In this document: positions 9,437 to 18,270 of the stretch, piece after piece
How positions within the stretch are numbered: the first letter of the stretch is position 1
Layout: each line of letters opens with the position of its first letter
IMG/VR virus record: IMGVR_UViG_3300027815_000009
Span: 5,359-69,358 of that record
Direction: 5' to 3' (one strand)
DNA: 64,000 bases
DNA from: a virus
Taxonomy: Duplodnaviria; Caudoviricetes
Notes under the pieces: model-generated
Told to the model about the DNA's origin: nothing
Seen by the model: the letters and a program-made list of their open reading frames with translations, nothing else
Databases searched by the model: none
Translations under genes and position numbers: made by a program

Positions 9437-9901
9437 TTAGGCGACATCGGCCCACTTGATGGGCGGGAAGATCATCGCGGTGACGATCTCCCCAGCGGTG
9501 GTCGCCGCCTCCATCGCGCGCCCGATGACCACGTCGCCCGAAACCGCGTCGATCACGTGCCCCGAAGAGTCGTAGCTGATCGGCGCGCCGGCGGTGATCG
9601 TTCCCCCGCCGAATACCTTCGAAAGGCCGAACAGGCAGACCTGGGCGGCCTCGTTCACGTACGGCTTGTTCTGGAGGATCCCGATCGGCCCTTTCAGGGC
9701 GGCGCCCTTGAGGACCTCGGAGCAGATATTCACCGTGGTCGCGGCGGCGAAGCGCACCACCCCGTACTGGTGGTGGTTCAGGCTCGCCGCGGCGGTGAGC
9801 CCGGGCCAGTTGACCTGTTCTCCGAACTCCGCCCGGCAGGCGAGGAGCGACTCGGCGAAAGCCGCCAGGGCGGCGGAGAAGAGCTTGGTGATGAGTTTCA
9901 T
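9437..9901 (-). CDS. Capsid decoration/cement protein with 21-aa leader
   Basis: GILQNKP..EAAQV..GLSKV..GGTITAGAPI..DSSG.V...IGRAMEAATTAGEIV cement-type motif; AAGGAG SD before MKLITK. Confidence 0.75.
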   Translation of the reverse strand: MKLITKLFSAALAAFAESLLACRAEFGEQVNWPGLTAAASLNHHQYGVVRFAAATTVNICSEVLKGAALKGPIGILQNKPYVNEAAQVCLFGLSKVFGGGTITAGAPISYDSSGHVIDAVSGDVVIGRAMEAATTAGEIVTAMIFPPIKWADVA

Positions 9902-9941
9902 GTTGCGATCTCCTTTTCGTTTCTCTTTGGGGTTGCCCTGG

Positions 9942-11459
9942 CTACTGGCGCCCGGCGGCCTGCTGCTGGTTATAGCGCTCCGCGAGCTCGGGTTCCGCCG
10001 AAAGCACCGCCTCCATGGCTTCGGCGTAGTCCTTGCTCTTGCCGTCGCGCATCCGGGCCTTGGCTTTTTCGTCGATCTCGCGGCCAGCGTCGTCGCCAGA
10101 CGGGCCTTCCTCGCGCCGGCGCACGCCGCCATCAGTCACGACTTCGAAAAGCTTCTTCGAGGAGGCGTTGATCTGTCCGACCAGCGAGTCGACCACCTCC
10201 GTGATCGTCTTCTCGCTTTCGGTGCGCTTACCGTCCTTCACGGCGAAGTGCTTGACCTTGACGGCGGGCGAAGCCAGGGCGTGGGTGTAGATCGCCTCAA
10301 GGTCCTCGCGGAAGGCGATGACCTTGCACTTGGCGACGCGCTCGGTGACCTCGCGGGCGCGGTCCTTCTCCATCAGGAGCGAGACCTGCGCGCGCAGCCG
10401 CTGGTTCTCCTCGTTGGTGGCCGCGGCCTCCTGGAGCGACGCGATCTGCGTGCCGAACTCGGCGATGTCCTGCTCGAACTTGGCGATCTTCGCCTTATCC
10501 TCGTCGCCGCCCTTCTTCTTCATCTCGTCGAGCTGCGCTTGGAGGGCGGCCTTCTTCTCTTGGAGTTCCTTGATCGTCATGGCGTCGTACTCCTTCTGCT
10601 TTGTTGAATTGAGCCGTTCAATTGCCTTAGCTAACTGCTTTTTGGTTTGTTCAAGCCGACTGCGTGGAAAACCAGCATCTCGTTCCCTTTCCAAAACCCG
10701 ATTCAATCTTTCTACTTCCTGACCTAATTCCTCTTTAGACAAAGGTGTAGAGCCAGGTAGCGAAGGGGGTTCTCTCAAACTTGTTTTCCCAGCTTTTACT
10801 GCGTCCTCGATTGATTGCCCCTTCTTCAAAAATACATGCCGACCATTCACTGTTATCCACTTCCCCTCACCAAACTCGGCGACCTGATCTTCCAACCCTT
10901 CGACCTCGCGCTCCAGCGCGGCGGTCTCCGCAGCTTCGGTCAGCGCAGCAACCCGCTCCGTGAGCGAGTCGATGATGGCCTGCTTCTGGATGTCCAACGT
11001 CTGCTCGCAGGCGGCAACGGAGTCGAACCCGTCGGCCGCGAACTCCATCTTGTGGAGCGGCGTCAGCCCAGCCACGGCCGGAACGTCGGCGCCGAGCAGG
11101 GCCACGGCTTTCAGCGCGCGCCGGAAGCTCTTGCCCCCACGTTTGAGGTTGAAGTATATTTCCGCTGAAACATTCGGGTAGGTTCTTTTGCGGATGGCAT
11201 CCACGACAGAGTCGTGCATGTCTTCAAAATCCGCCACCAGCTTATCGCCAACTCGTTTCAGATTTTTAACCCAGCCATAAGCCGGAGCGCCTGGCTGGTC
11301 TTTTGTGTGTCCAACTTTCAGCGCCGGACGGAAGTCTAATTCATTGAACGCAGACACCATATCATTGATGTCTTGTTCCGTGTATGAATCCCCGTTATGG
11401 ATTCCGGCACGGAAAATTTCAACACCCCGAATGGCGTTGCTATGAGCTGATTTGTCCAT
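9942..11459 (-). CDS. Mu gpI-like prohead protease/scaffold fusion
   Basis: VEIFRAG, PALKVGH, AYGWV, VSAEI, LKAVALLG..PAV.GL motifs; coiled-coil C-terminus; probable internal scaffold start at 10580 (AAGGAG SD, MTIKELQEKK). Confidence 0.85.
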   Translation of the reverse strand: MDKSAHSNAIRGVEIFRAGIHNGDSYTEQDINDMVSAFNELDFRPALKVGHTKDQPGAPAYGWVKNLKRVGDKLVADFEDMHDSVVDAIRKRTYPNVSAEIYFNLKRGGKSFRRALKAVALLGADVPAVAGLTPLHKMEFAADGFDSVAACEQTLDIQKQAIIDSLTERVAALTEAAETAALEREVEGLEDQVAEFGEGKWITVNGRHVFLKKGQSIEDAVKAGKTSLREPPSLPGSTPLSKEELGQEVERLNRVLERERDAGFPRSRLEQTKKQLAKAIERLNSTKQKEYDAMTIKELQEKKAALQAQLDEMKKKGGDEDKAKIAKFEQDIAEFGTQIASLQEAAATNEENQRLRAQVSLLMEKDRAREVTERVAKCKVIAFREDLEAIYTHALASPAVKVKHFAVKDGKRTESEKTITEVVDSLVGQINASSKKLFEVVTDGGVRRREEGPSGDDAGREIDEKAKARMRDGKSKDYAEAMEAVLSAEPELAERYNQQQAAGRQ

Positions 11460-12138
11460 TTATCACGGGATGAGAATGTGGGAGACGAGAGAAGGCCCAG
11501 TTCCAACGTACAGCGGTCGCGATCGCAAGCGACATCCTCATCTTTTCCTTGTGTTGATCGGTTTTTTTCTTGCCGCGTAAACCATCAGCGATGCGTTTGC
11601 GCCACTCTTCAGAATGATGCCGGCCCCTTAATGGCGCGATCCTGCGCTCGACAAATTCAGGAGAATTGATTCTCGCCTGACCCATCTTCAGGGCCGCGCG
11701 ATGCTGTTCTGAAATCGGTTTTCCGTACATCGGGTTGAGGCACCCTCTTTTCGTGGAAGAGATTTTTTCTCGTACCGACGAAAGAGTCGACGGATTGAAA
11801 TCACCGCCAGGGGTCATGTTGTAGCCGTGTTTGCCGTAGGTACCAAATACGCGCACAGCGCGTTGTTCGGCAGCTAGCAGATCTTGCCTTTCGATGATCG
11901 CCAACAAAACAAGAGAAGGGGCGCCGTATTTCCTCCATGCGCGATTTACAGCACAATTCAATCCTTCTTTCGTGGCCTTGGCGTGGCTCGCGTACCTTTC
12001 CTGCGCGGTTTTTTTTGTGACTCCGATATAGGACTTCCCGGATGCAAAATCCAGACGGTAAAGCTGACCGGCTTTGGCGCGAGCTTCGGCGGGTTCGCCT
12101 TTCCAGGTAGGCTGGTACTTTTCGGCGGAATATGGCAT
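11440..12138 (-). CDS. Free-standing GIY-YIG/NUMOD3 homing endonuclease
   Basis: LYRLDFASGKSYIGVT, GYNMTPGG, NPMYGK, HSEEWRKRI motifs. Confidence 0.85.
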   Translation of the reverse strand: MPYSAEKYQPTWKGEPAEARAKAGQLYRLDFASGKSYIGVTKKTAQERYASHAKATKEGLNCAVNRAWRKYGAPSLVLLAIIERQDLLAAEQRAVRVFGTYGKHGYNMTPGGDFNPSTLSSVREKISSTKRGCLNPMYGKPISEQHRAALKMGQARINSPEFVERRIAPLRGRHHSEEWRKRIADGLRGKKKTDQHKEKMRMSLAIATAVRWNWAFSRLPHSHPVINGQISS

Positions 12139-12213
12139 CGCAGGCCCAAATTTAGGGCCATTGACGTCTAAACCGCTACCGCCAGGCGCTTGGCATTGCA
12201 GGAATCAAGGGTT

Positions 12214-12492
12214 TCAGCGGCCCCGGATCGGGGGCAGATTGCGCTTCAGCTTCTCGTCGCGCCAGCGCTTCTCGGCTGCTTCCGTGGCGAGCTTGGTGCG
12301 CTGCGCCTGAGTCATCCCGTCCATCCTGGCCTGCCCGCCCAACGACCCGAGAGCGACGGCGGCCGGGTTCTTCTCCCGCCAGCGCCCGCACTTCGGGCAG
12401 TTGAAATGCCCGCGCCCGGAGGCCGAACCGACTTCCTCCAGCGCACTCGGAGCGCCGCAGGACGGGCAATGGCGCGTCTCAGCTTCGCTCAC
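12214..12492 (-). CDS. Small Zn-ribbon protein with KNPAAVALGxLGG helical motif
   Basis: CPSC...CPKC; GTG start overlaps upstream stop. Confidence 0.5.
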   Translation of the reverse strand: MSEAETRHCPSCGAPSALEEVGSASGRGHFNCPKCGRWREKNPAAVALGSLGGQARMDGMTQAQRTKLATEAAEKRWRDEKLKRNLPPIRGR

Positions 12493-12974
12493 ACGAACTT
12501 CCCTCCCTTCGCGCCGCGGCCGAACGGGAAGTTCCACGCCTGCCCACGTCCCCAGATCGCGCCCATGATCCGGTCGTCGGTCGTCGCGACCGCCAGGGCG
12601 GCACGCCAGCTCGCGAGGCGCGGGAAGATCCGCCGGCGCGAGAGCGGCCGGTTCGGATCCATGCCCTTCGCCCGATGGACCTGCGCGTACCAGGCCGAAA
12701 GGATCAGGCCCATCATCGCGGCGAGCGCCATGTTCTCGTCGTACGGCTTGCCCCTGTTGCACCGGCGGATGTGGGCGGCGCACAGGCCCGCAAGTTCGGC
12801 CACCCAGGCGACCGAATCGGTGGAGGCGTGTCCCTTGTACGGTCCGCGCGTCTGAACCGGCGTGCTGTGCTTGCCGATCAAGTCCTGGACGATCCCGAGC
12901 CACGTGACGATGCTGATCTTCGGGACGCTGGTCCTCGTGGAGCCGCCTCCGATCCGCTTCTTCCGTTTGTTCAT
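12489..12974 (-). CDS. Hypothetical protein
   Basis: AAGGAAG SD, MNKRKK start, coupled overlaps. Confidence 0.5.
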   Translation of the reverse strand: MNKRKKRIGGGSTRTSVPKISIVTWLGIVQDLIGKHSTPVQTRGPYKGHASTDSVAWVAELAGLCAAHIRRCNRGKPYDENMALAAMMGLILSAWYAQVHRAKGMDPNRPLSRRRIFPRLASWRAALAVATTDDRIMGAIWGRGQAWNFPFGRGAKGGKFV

Positions 12975-13225
12975 GGCGTCTCTTCCTTCTTTCGCCACCA
13001 GATCAGAGGCATGGGGTCATCCTGATACTCGCATTTCTCGCAGCCGTATTCGCGGAACGCGCCGTGTCCTTGTTCCTCAATGATCTTCACAATGAACAAG
13101 AATTCTCGGTACGCATAGCGCCCGAAGAACCAGCGGCAGAGGAATTTGATGATCGCCAGCCGTTCGTTCAACGCCCGCACGAAATCCAGCGCCGGCATGT
13201 AAATTCTGGTGAGGTCTGGAATCAC
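12971..13225 (-). CDS. Hypothetical protein
   Basis: GTGA/ATGA coupling with neighbours. Confidence 0.4.
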   Translation of the reverse strand: MIPDLTRIYMPALDFVRALNERLAIIKFLCRWFFGRYAYREFLFIVKIIEEQGHGAFREYGCEKCEYQDDPMPLIWWRKKEETP

Positions 13226-14040
13226 GGCACCTCCATGTGGCAGGCCGAGCAGCCCTTCTTCTCTGTTCCCCACGGCTTGAGCATCAGCTTCTCCGGGTCG
13301 TCCAGCACGTGCCCGATCACGCTCGAGCCGTCCGCGTCCAGGCAGCACGTCGCCACGCGCCCGTCCACCAGCACCACGCACCAGCCGGAGCGCAGGAACT
13401 CACACGGGATGCGCGGTGCCGAAACCATCGGCGTCCAGTTCTCCTGATACCCGGCCCAGTTGAACGCCGAATCTGCAAATGCCGTGTTTCGCCCGGCGAG
13501 TAGCCCGGCCTTCCGCGCAGCGACGATCGCAAGCGCCGCTTTTTCCGGGCGGTGGAGGCTGACGAAGATCGCTGGGTGGTAGGGCTTCAGCGCCTCGCAC
13601 ATCGCGTCGTCCAACAGCAGGCCGTTCGTCGTCAGGACCAGCGGGCGCTGCGGCCCTATCGTGGCGCGCGCCGCGGCGACCATCTCCACGAACCGCGGAT
13701 GGAGCATCGACTCGCCGATCCCGGTCAAGCTGAGCTCCGTCTGCGTTCCCTGCCGAACGAAGAACCGGACGAGGTCGAGGGACGCCTCGAACGTGTCCCA
13801 GTCCATGTCCACCTTCGCGCGCGGGAGCTCCGGAAAATGCGGACAGTACGTGCAGCGTAAATTGCATCGAGTCGTCAGCTCTATTTGATGAACGTCCCGG
13901 ACGGGGCGCGGATATTTGGCGAACCCACCAGCCGGCTGCGCGTGTAGTTGGATCGCGCGCCCAGCGGCTACCTGAATCGCATGATCTGCGGCAAGTGCGG
14001 CATCATCTGGGTTTGAAAGATCCAGTTTGCGTATGGTCAT
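13222..14040 (-). CDS. Radical SAM protein with SPASM/twitch-like C-terminus
   Basis: CNLRCTYC motif; GIGES, TTNG; C-terminal CEF...VATCC...CSAC. Confidence 0.85.
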   Translation of the reverse strand: MTIRKLDLSNPDDAALAADHAIQVAAGRAIQLHAQPAGGFAKYPRPVRDVHQIELTTRCNLRCTYCPHFPELPRAKVDMDWDTFEASLDLVRFFVRQGTQTELSLTGIGESMLHPRFVEMVAAARATIGPQRPLVLTTNGLLLDDAMCEALKPYHPAIFVSLHRPEKAALAIVAARKAGLLAGRNTAFADSAFNWAGYQENWTPMVSAPRIPCEFLRSGWCVVLVDGRVATCCLDADGSSVIGHVLDDPEKLMLKPWGTEKKGCSACHMEVP

Positions 14041-14042
14041 GA

Positions 14043-14909
14043 TTAACCCCCGCAAGCCATCGCGTGGCTGCCGGTCTCGGGCGACGCCACGTTGTCGTGG
14101 TATTCGGTCGGTTCATCCGGCGCGTTCGGATCGTAATGCAGGTTGATCTTCGCTAGCAGCGCCTCATGCTCCCGCCCGTAAATCTGCGCGCCACCGCGCA
14201 TCATCGCGAACATCGCCAGCGGCGAGTTGCCCCACCGCTGATAGAAAAGCCGTTCGTCATGCGCCAGGGCCTTCGCGTGCATTTCCGCGTGCGCCGACCC
14301 CGCGCTGTTGTTCGTCACGCTCCCGAGGTGCCAGACGTGCTTGCGGCAGGAACGATAGGCACGAAGCCCGCGCTCGTACAGCCGCAGGATCAGGTCCGAG
14401 TCCTGGTAGACGCGCAGGTACGCCTCGTCGTACCGCTCGCCGCGCCGGAACATCGTGAAGGGCGAGAACATCCCCTCGACGACGAGATCAACGGGGCCGG
14501 CCGGGCCGATCGTCGCGTTCGGTTCGAACGCCGATAGGGAGGCGGCGCCGCAATCCTTACGATCAGCGAAGAGGCGCAGCAGCTCCGCATCCCATCCCGA
14601 CGACGGGATGATGTCCGTTCCCGTGAAGAGGATGAAGTCCCCCGAGGCGGCGTCGATCCCAGAGTTCGCCTCCTTCACCCCGCCGATGGGCTTCGGGAAG
14701 CGGATGTACTTGTCGATCTGCAGCCCAACCAGCGGGCCGGCCGGGTCGAAGCGGTCGCTCCCGGTCTCGATCACGATCAACTCGTAGCCTTTGTCCGCGG
14801 CCTGGATGCGGTGCATCTTGATCGCGAACGCGGTGAGTTCTTCCAGGAACGGATTCGGTGCCATCGTCATCATCAGGACGGAAATATTTGGTTTCTTCTC
14901 GCTCGTCAT
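14043..14909 (-). CDS. GT2-family glycosyltransferase
   Basis: LIVIETGS, NSGIDAASGDFILFTGTD, YDEAY...QDSDLILRL, VWHLGS. Confidence 0.8.
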   Translation of the reverse strand: MTSEKKPNISVLMMTMAPNPFLEELTAFAIKMHRIQAADKGYELIVIETGSDRFDPAGPLVGLQIDKYIRFPKPIGGVKEANSGIDAASGDFILFTGTDIIPSSGWDAELLRLFADRKDCGAASLSAFEPNATIGPAGPVDLVVEGMFSPFTMFRRGERYDEAYLRVYQDSDLILRLYERGLRAYRSCRKHVWHLGSVTNNSAGSAHAEMHAKALAHDERLFYQRWGNSPLAMFAMMRGGAQIYGREHEALLAKINLHYDPNAPDEPTEYHDNVASPETGSHAMACGG

Positions 14910-14937
14910 GGCGAGTTCTCCTTTCGTGGAGTGTTGT

Positions 14938-15390
14938 TCACTTCAGTTGATCGAAAAAGCCCTTCTTGAAACCCGTGAGCAGCGTTGCGTAGTTGTCCGC
15001 TGTTTCCTCCTGCCGCGCCAGCCAGCGCCGCGTCACCGGCAGCAGGACGGCGCCCGAGACCACCGCGAACCACCGCCACACGTGATGGCTGGCCGCGGCA
15101 TGTCCCAGTTCGTGGGCAACGACGAACCGCACGAGCTCCGGTGACGCGCGCTGGAAGAATCCACGGTCGAACACCACCACGGTCCAGAGCGGCGGCGCCC
15201 AAGCGGAGAACCCGTAGCTCGAATGATTGTTTCCGACGTAGAACCGGACGCGCCGCGCCTCCCGACGTTTGAGCAGCTCCGCGGGCAGGCGCCCAGGGCT
15301 GATGCGCTCGGCGAGGATCAGCGGCGCGTAGGATGCCGCGACGTTGAAGGCGATCCAGAAGAACGTGATGATGAGCAGGAACGCGGTCAT
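14938..15390 (-). CDS. Membrane M48/M56-like zinc metallopeptidase
   Basis: N-terminal TM segment; VVAHELGH (HExxH) followed by QEETAD third-ligand motif. Confidence 0.75.
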   Translation of the reverse strand: MTAFLLIITFFWIAFNVAASYAPLILAERISPGRLPAELLKRREARRVRFYVGNNHSSYGFSAWAPPLWTVVVFDRGFFQRASPELVRFVVAHELGHAAASHHVWRWFAVVSGAVLLPVTRRWLARQEETADNYATLLTGFKKGFFDQLK

Positions 15391-15728
15391 GCCTGGATGA
15401 TCTCCCCGCCGCGGACGAAGAAGTGCGCGCCGCAGCCGCCCTGTAGGGCTATCGATGAGGACCCTGCCACCAGCGTCAGGTCGTCGAATCCTGTGCCATC
15501 GAACTCCCAGCGCCCAGGCCCCGCGCGGTACTCGCTCTGCGGCACGCGAGGGCGGTTGCAGATCACGCGATGAGTCCCGCTAGGGCCGCCGTTTTTCTCG
15601 AAACACGTTGGGCAAAGGAACATGATGCCATCTGCTTCGGCAAACTGAACATTCGGCGGGTCGCCGACATAAAATGTCCGTTCCCCTGTGTAGCGAATGA
15701 ATTCAGGATTAAGATCTGATAATTTCAC
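15387..15728 (-). CDS. Cys/His-rich hypothetical protein (DUF6527-like)
   Basis: FLCP.C...H, RWEFDG..DLTL..S, GCGAHFFVRGG. Confidence 0.5.
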   Translation of the reverse strand: MKLSDLNPEFIRYTGERTFYVGDPPNVQFAEADGIMFLCPTCFEKNGGPSGTHRVICNRPRVPQSEYRAGPGRWEFDGTGFDDLTLVAGSSSIALQGGCGAHFFVRGGEIIQA

Positions 15729-15907
15729 GCTGACGCCTCCTCTGGTTCACGGACGGGTGCCGCCCCTGCTGGTAGGGGTACATCAGGGAGGAGTTCCAGC
15801 GGCGAGGCAGTCGCCCCGCCCGTGAAGAACGCGAGCGGCCGCCGCGGCTCGTGTCCGAACCCGGCGTCAGAGTTCACGCCGAAGAGCACGAGGCGCAAGC
15901 CGTTCAT
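15725..15907 (-). CDS. Small hypothetical protein
   Basis: ATGA-coupled MNGLRL start. Confidence 0.35.
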   Translation of the reverse strand: MNGLRLVLFGVNSDAGFGHEPRRPLAFFTGGATASPLELLPDVPLPAGAAPVREPEEASA

Positions 15908-16119
15908 GAGGCGACCGCCCTGTGGAGTTCTTGTCGGATCAGGCGCATCGCGTCGTGGCGTTTCATGACGTCGCGCGGACGACGGCGCGGAGGCCCGATG
16001 TGGGCGGCGAGCTGGTACAGGTGTCCGCGCATTTCGATCGACCCGGCGATGGCCGGACCGCGCGGACCGTCGATCCAGAACTCCCATTTGACCTTCGGGG
16101 CGCTGTTCACGGCCGCCAC
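15904..16119 (-). CDS. Small hypothetical protein
   Basis: ORF in coupled gene string. Confidence 0.4.
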   Translation of the reverse strand: MAAVNSAPKVKWEFWIDGPRGPAIAGSIEMRGHLYQLAAHIGPPRRRPRDVMKRHDAMRLIRQELHRAVAS

Positions 16120-16240
16120 CTATAAGCCAAGCGCCCGTCGCGGTCCCGCGTCCATTCGAACCAGAGCCATGCGGCGGATTCGACCGCGTTGCGCTGCTGC
16201 CCGTATGCACCGGCGATGGATAGGGCAATCTGGGTTAGCC

Positions 16241-16747
16241 TCATTCGTCTGCCTCCACGAAATGCATGACGGCCCCTTGAAGCCGCTGCGCGGCGCGCAC
16301 CACCGCCGTCGGCGTCACGTCGACCCCAAGGTTCACGCCAGCGCGCCGCGCGACTTCGGCGGCGTATTCGGCGCACTGCCAGATCGAGTCCGCGCCGGGC
16401 TTCAAGAGGCCCAGGCCGGCCAACACCGCCTGCCACTGCGAGTAGGGCTCGCCCACCTGGCGCAGCGCCCAGGCCTCGACCTCGTCTTCCCACGCGGCGC
16501 GCAGCGGCACCCAGTAGAACGGCAGCAGGCGCGAAAGGGGGAAAATCCTCACGCCTGCGCTGACGGCCTCGAGGACGAAGACTCGGCCGGCGATGACCCA
16601 GGCGACCCCGACGTGACAATACTCCGACCGCGTGAACATCCTGACCAATTGAATCTTGAGATCATAAAACGACCCCCACCGATCATGCCCCCACGCGAGG
16701 ATGTCTCCGGACCGGATGTGCTCGCGTGCTTCGGTTTCGTATTTCAC
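16241..16747 (-). CDS. Permuted papain-like NlpC/P60 enzyme (YaeF/YiiX-like)
   Basis: SGDIL, YCHVGVA..V.EA, GEPYS, QCAEY: His before Cys, the circularly permuted order. Confidence 0.75.
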   Translation of the reverse strand: MKYETEAREHIRSGDILAWGHDRWGSFYDLKIQLVRMFTRSEYCHVGVAWVIAGRVFVLEAVSAGVRIFPLSRLLPFYWVPLRAAWEDEVEAWALRQVGEPYSQWQAVLAGLGLLKPGADSIWQCAEYAAEVARRAGVNLGVDVTPTAVVRAAQRLQGAVMHFVEADE

Positions 16748-16968
16748 ACGTCTCCTTTCGGCACCTCGGCCCAATTATCGCCCGGCGCGCAATCCCCATC
16801 GCGCACAGCCCGGAATAATTCTTGAACCACGCCGACGTTTGGCACATCGATCAGGAACCAGAGCGCGCCGGACTGGCTCATGACCGGATGAACCTGCGCT
16901 ACAGGACAAGGCGGTTTCGACGCGCATCCGGCGAGCGACAGCATCAGGATGACCGCAGCGAATTTCAA
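16744..16968 (-). CDS. Small lipoprotein
   Basis: TTG start, KFAAVILMLSLAG-C lipobox. Confidence 0.55.
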   Translation of the reverse strand: MKFAAVILMLSLAGCASKPPCPVAQVHPVMSQSGALWFLIDVPNVGVVQELFRAVRDGDCAPGDNWAEVPKGDV

Positions 16969-17342
16969 TTCAGCACCCTGTGGCCGCGGCCGACGAGGCA
17001 GTTTCGGATGATCTGCGCTTCGCTCTGCGCCCCGCCCGCGGCTCCGTAGGCCGAGCCCATCACGGCCGTCCCGCGCGCCGTGGCGCCGCAATCGCGTCCG
17101 CCGAACGCAGCGCAGAGGGCGAAGCCGAGCCCGGCACCGATCACCGCTCCGGCTGTCGCTGTGGTTCCAGGTCCCGCCACGCGTTCGGCTTGCGCGCGGC
17201 ACTCCGCGAGGTCATGCTGGTAATTGGCGTCCGGTTGATCGACGACCGGCCGGAAAGCGCATGCGGTCAAGGCGACGATCACCGCGAGAACGATGATCGT
17301 CAGCGCCAGCGTGATCAAGCGATCCTTCAACGTCGGCTTCAT
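16965..17342 (-). CDS. Glycine-zipper lipoprotein
   Basis: LTA-C lipobox; GAVIGAGLG...GAAGG zipper; paired cysteines. Confidence 0.7.
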   Translation of the reverse strand: MKPTLKDRLITLALTIIVLAVIVALTACAFRPVVDQPDANYQHDLAECRAQAERVAGPGTTATAGAVIGAGLGFALCAAFGGRDCGATARGTAVMGSAYGAAGGAQSEAQIIRNCLVGRGHRVLN

Positions 17343-17370
17343 CCGTCGATCCTTTCCGAATCCGCGCATC

Positions 17371-17910
17371 TCATGCCGCTACCCTCATTCGAGATTCTTC
17401 GTGATCGTCCAGGGCGGTCAAGAGGGCGAGCAGAACGTCCGTGGACATCAACTCCGGCTCGAGCGATCCGGTTGCATGTGCTTCTGCCGAGATGCCGAAG
17501 TTCGCCGATGCGACGGCGTTGTGCGGATGCCGGATCGAAGCCTCGGCCTTGGCTTCGAAACCGAGCGCCGCGAAGATGCCGACGCGCCACGGCGGGATTG
17601 CCCTGGGCTTCGGGGGCGGTTTCGTCCGCGCCCTCTTCGGTGCCGGGACCGGAATCTGCGCAGGCTCCGGCACGTGTTCGATCTTCCCGCGCGCCTCCGC
17701 CGTCACCTCCAGCGCGATGTTGATCTGGACCCGCGCCGACAAATCCCTCTGTTCATCCTCGCGCCGTTTCTGAACGCGGGACGGGACAATCCCCATCAGT
17801 CCGCCCGCCTTGACCGCGTCGGCGACCTCGTACTGCGTCATGTCGGCGGTCAGGACCGTCGAATCCGCGGTCTTGAGCGTCGTGTCGGCGGTGAGCTGGA
17901 CAAACGACAT
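17371..17910 (-). CDS. Hypothetical protein with TADxT repeat N-terminus
   Basis: LTADTTLKTADSTVLTADMT. Confidence 0.45.
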   Translation of the reverse strand: MSFVQLTADTTLKTADSTVLTADMTQYEVADAVKAGGLMGIVPSRVQKRREDEQRDLSARVQINIALEVTAEARGKIEHVPEPAQIPVPAPKRARTKPPPKPRAIPPWRVGIFAALGFEAKAEASIRHPHNAVASANFGISAEAHATGSLEPELMSTDVLLALLTALDDHEESRMRVAA

Positions 17911-17915
17911 CTAAA

Positions 17916-18227
17916 TCAGCCTTTCAGCATCTCGTAGGCGGCACCAGCGATCAGGATCGGATAGACCTTGGGGAGCCGATTCTGGATCATCGCCGCCTCC
18001 GCCGGTTCCAGTTCCACCTCCCCGCCCTTGTTGATGCGGCGGGCCAACTCAAGGCGCTCGAAAGAGACCTTGCCGTCCATTCCCCTGTCTTCGTCCAGCG
18101 GATAACACAGGGCTTGAAGGGCCGCGTCCTTCAGCGTCAACTCGCGCTCGGGGCCGTCCTTCTTGTCCTTGATGCGGAACGTCGTTCCATCGAGGTCTTT
18201 GAGTTGCGCGTCCAAATATACTTTCAT
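17916..18227 (-). CDS. Hypothetical protein (fibre-associated chaperone-like)
   Basis: AGGAGG SD; follows the fibre gene. Confidence 0.5.
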   Translation of the reverse strand: MKVYLDAQLKDLDGTTFRIKDKKDGPERELTLKDAALQALCYPLDEDRGMDGKVSFERLELARRINKGGEVELEPAEAAMIQNRLPKVYPILIAGAAYEMLKG

Positions 18228-18270
18228 CGTTCCTCCTGTTCCTTGTCGGTTACTTGAATGGTGGGTTCGG

